64,000 nucleotides of DNA from Oscillospiraceae bacterium (GTDB lineage Bacteria; Bacillota; Clostridia; Oscillospirales; Oscillospiraceae): contig JAZQQE010000067.1 in assembly GCA_045628845.1 (NCBI GenBank), positions 915 through 64,914 on the forward strand, read 5' to 3'. The position numbers and the translations under genes are program-made. The notes under the pieces are model-generated. The model made no database searches. It had not been told where the DNA came from and saw only the letters and a list, made by a program, of their open reading frames with translations. Below, in pieces: positions 62,373-64,000 of this stretch. Numbering within the stretch: position 1 is the first letter of the stretch; each line of letters begins with the position of its first letter.

Positions 62373-62396
62373 GTTTTTACCTGAACCTGCAGGCTG

Positions 62397-63743
62397 TTAT
62401 TCCTTGGTCTCTTCCGCGGCGGGAGCCTCTTCGGCTTCCTCCTTGGTCTCCTCGGCGGGAGGCTCGGGGAGCGCGACGGAATTGGCGACGAGGAAGTCGG
62501 CAGCCTTCATGACGCGGAGACTGTTCTCGAAGAGCTCCACATCGAAGAACGTCTTGACGGAATCGACCTCGACCTTGTACTGATCGGCGAGCTTCTGATA
62601 TTCCTTCTCCTTGTCCTCCTCGGTGACTTCGAGGCCCTCGAGGTCGGCGACCTTGGTGAGGATGAGCTCCTGACGGAGCTGCTTCTCGGCGGTGCCGCGC
62701 ATATTGGCGATGAACTCGTCCTGCGGGATGTTGAACATCTTGATGTAGGAATCGAGGCCTATGCCCTGCTGCTGCAGACGCTGTGCGAACTGCTCGATGT
62801 GCTCCTGAGTGCGCTCGTCGATGTACTGCTCGGGGATCTCGCCTTCCATGTCGGCATTGATCTGGTCGAGTATCTTATCGAGGAACTCGTCGCGGGAGTT
62901 GTTGTCGGCAGTTTCAAGTATGGTCTTGCGGATGCTCTCTTTATACTCCTCGAGGGTGTCGAATTCGGAGACGTCCTTGGCAAATTCGTCATCGAGCTCG
63001 GGCAGGATCTTCTCCTTGACCTCGTGGACGTGCACCTTGAAGAGCGCGGGCTGGCCCGCGAGCTCCTCGGCCTGATAGTTCTCGGGGAAGGTCACGTTGA
63101 CTTCGATGTCGCTGCCGGCCTTGGCGCCGATGCACTGCACCTCGAAGCCGGGGATGAAGGTGTTGGAGCCTATCTCGAGGCTGTGGTTCTCGCCCTTGCC
63201 GCCCTCGAACGCGACTCCGTCCTTGAAGCCCTCGTAGTCGATGACGACGGTGTCACCGAACTTGGCTTCGCCCTCGGAGGTCACGAGGCTCGCGTTGCGC
63301 TGACGCAGACGCTCGAGCTCGGCGTCGACCTGATACTCCTCGACCTTGCTCTCCTTGCGGACGGCCTCAAGGCCCTTGTACTGCTTGAGGGTGAGCTCGG
63401 GATAGAGCACGCAGTCGATGACGAGCGTGACGCTGTTATCCTCGCCGATATCCGCGGATTCGAGCGCGGGAGAGGCGACGACCTTGAGTTCCTTTTCCTT
63501 GACGGCCTGCGCATAAGCCTTGGGCGCGAGGTCGTTTATAGCATCATCATGGAAAACGCCCTTGCCATACATGCTCTCAATGATCTTGCGGGGCGCCTTG
63601 CCCTTGCGGAAGCCGGGAATCATGATGGAGTTGCGGTTCTTCTTGTATACGGCGTTGACGGCCTCTTCGAATTCGGCGGGCTCTACGACTACCGTAACGG
63701 CAGCTATGCTTTTTTCTTTCTTTTCAACATTGGTGACTTCCAT
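62397..63743 (-). CDS. tig: Trigger factor
   Basis: 448 aa with ribosome-binding N-terminal, FKBP-type PPIase and C-terminal domains, in tig-clpP-clpX synteny. Confidence 0.92.
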   Translation of the reverse strand: MEVTNVEKKEKSIAAVTVVVEPAEFEEAVNAVYKKNRNSIMIPGFRKGKAPRKIIESMYGKGVFHDDAINDLAPKAYAQAVKEKELKVVASPALESADIGEDNSVTLVIDCVLYPELTLKQYKGLEAVRKESKVEEYQVDAELERLRQRNASLVTSEGEAKFGDTVVIDYEGFKDGVAFEGGKGENHSLEIGSNTFIPGFEVQCIGAKAGSDIEVNVTFPENYQAEELAGQPALFKVHVHEVKEKILPELDDEFAKDVSEFDTLEEYKESIRKTILETADNNSRDEFLDKILDQINADMEGEIPEQYIDERTQEHIEQFAQRLQQQGIGLDSYIKMFNIPQDEFIANMRGTAEKQLRQELILTKVADLEGLEVTEEDKEKEYQKLADQYKVEVDSVKTFFDVELFENSLRVMKAADFLVANSVALPEPPAEETKEEAEEAPAAEETKE

Positions 63744-63796
63744 GTTATTCGGACATCCTCTCTATGTTTCTGAGCTTACGATACTGCTAATAAAAG

Positions 63797-63825
63797 ATAA
63801 TAACAGATTTTGCACAAAATTTCAA
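63797..63825 (-). promoter_or_regulatory. Candidate promoter of tig (TTGAAA-17-TATTAT)
   Basis: Read on the minus strand: TTGAAA (63825-63820), a 17-nt spacer and TATTAT (63802-63797). Confidence 0.55.
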
Positions 63826-63845
63826 TCGTTTTTTGTCGCACGGCC

Positions 63846-64000
63846 TCACAGCACGCGCACCGGCCTGAAATCGACGTAGTCGGCGGAAACGAGCCGGTAA
63901 TCGACTCCGAAGTTCAGGCCCTCTGTCGCGGAGCGGTGCCCCGCTCCGTGGATGTGCCCGTAAAAGCAGCGGCGTACACCGTACCTCGCGAGCAGCTCGA
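63846..64000 (-). CDS. Metallophosphoesterase family protein, C-terminal 51 aa; the 5' part lies beyond the window
   Basis: My own translation reads ...LLARYGVRRCFYGHIHGAGHRSATEGLNFGVDYRLVSADYVDFRPVRVL*. The GHxH motif is typical of calcineurin-like phosphoesterases. Confidence 0.65.
   Translation of the reverse strand, partial: ELLARYGVRRCFYGHIHGAGHRSATEGLNFGVDYRLVSADYVDFRPVRVL

Overview
This is a 64-kb, visibly GC-rich chromosomal segment (roughly 60-65% by eye, not computed). The gene repertoire is Firmicutes/Clostridia-like: remA, cdaA-cdaR, def-fmt-rsmB-rlmN-stp-prkC-rsgA, a T-box-controlled tyrS, dxs-tlyA-nadK-argR-recN and tig-clpP-clpX-lon. A high-GC gut or anaerobe clostridial lineage is an inference only. 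I support about 58 protein genes, one tRNA-Cys, one Tyr T-box leader, several sigma-A-type promoters and several intrinsic terminators. Nearly everything from 9.5 to 47 kb and from 52.8 to 64 kb is on the minus strand as long co-directional housekeeping arrays. There are two plus-strand islands, at 0.6-9.5 kb and 47.3-52.6 kb. I found no CRISPR array, transposase, integrase, prophage or recognisable defence genes. Most very long ORFs in the track (913, 1043, 831, 780 and 522 aa) are antisense shadow ORFs of real genes. The best leads for unexplained biology are: (1) a tightly coupled operon at 3057-9489 encoding a MOP-type molybdenum aldehyde oxidoreductase, a GltD/ferredoxin/HdrB-like fusion protein, a 61-aa zinc ribbon and a PaaK-type ligase, flanked by an enoate reductase and a FAH-family gene; (2) an ABC-2 exporter operon at 47317-52550 that carries a 785-aa zinc-ribbon single-pass protein with a duplicated Tyr/Gly/Asp-rich C-terminal module, and is preceded by a 355-bp AT-rich leader with nested perfect inverted repeats; (3) a run of cysteine-motif proteins at 24509-26958 (RseC-like, DUF5685-like, and a J-domain/TPR protein ending in a poly-Cys tail) plus a small membrane protein; (4) a DUF2975 / YozG-type HTH / large membrane protein module with an operator-like palindrome. 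All family assignments come from reading motifs by eye and from memory; no database search was run.
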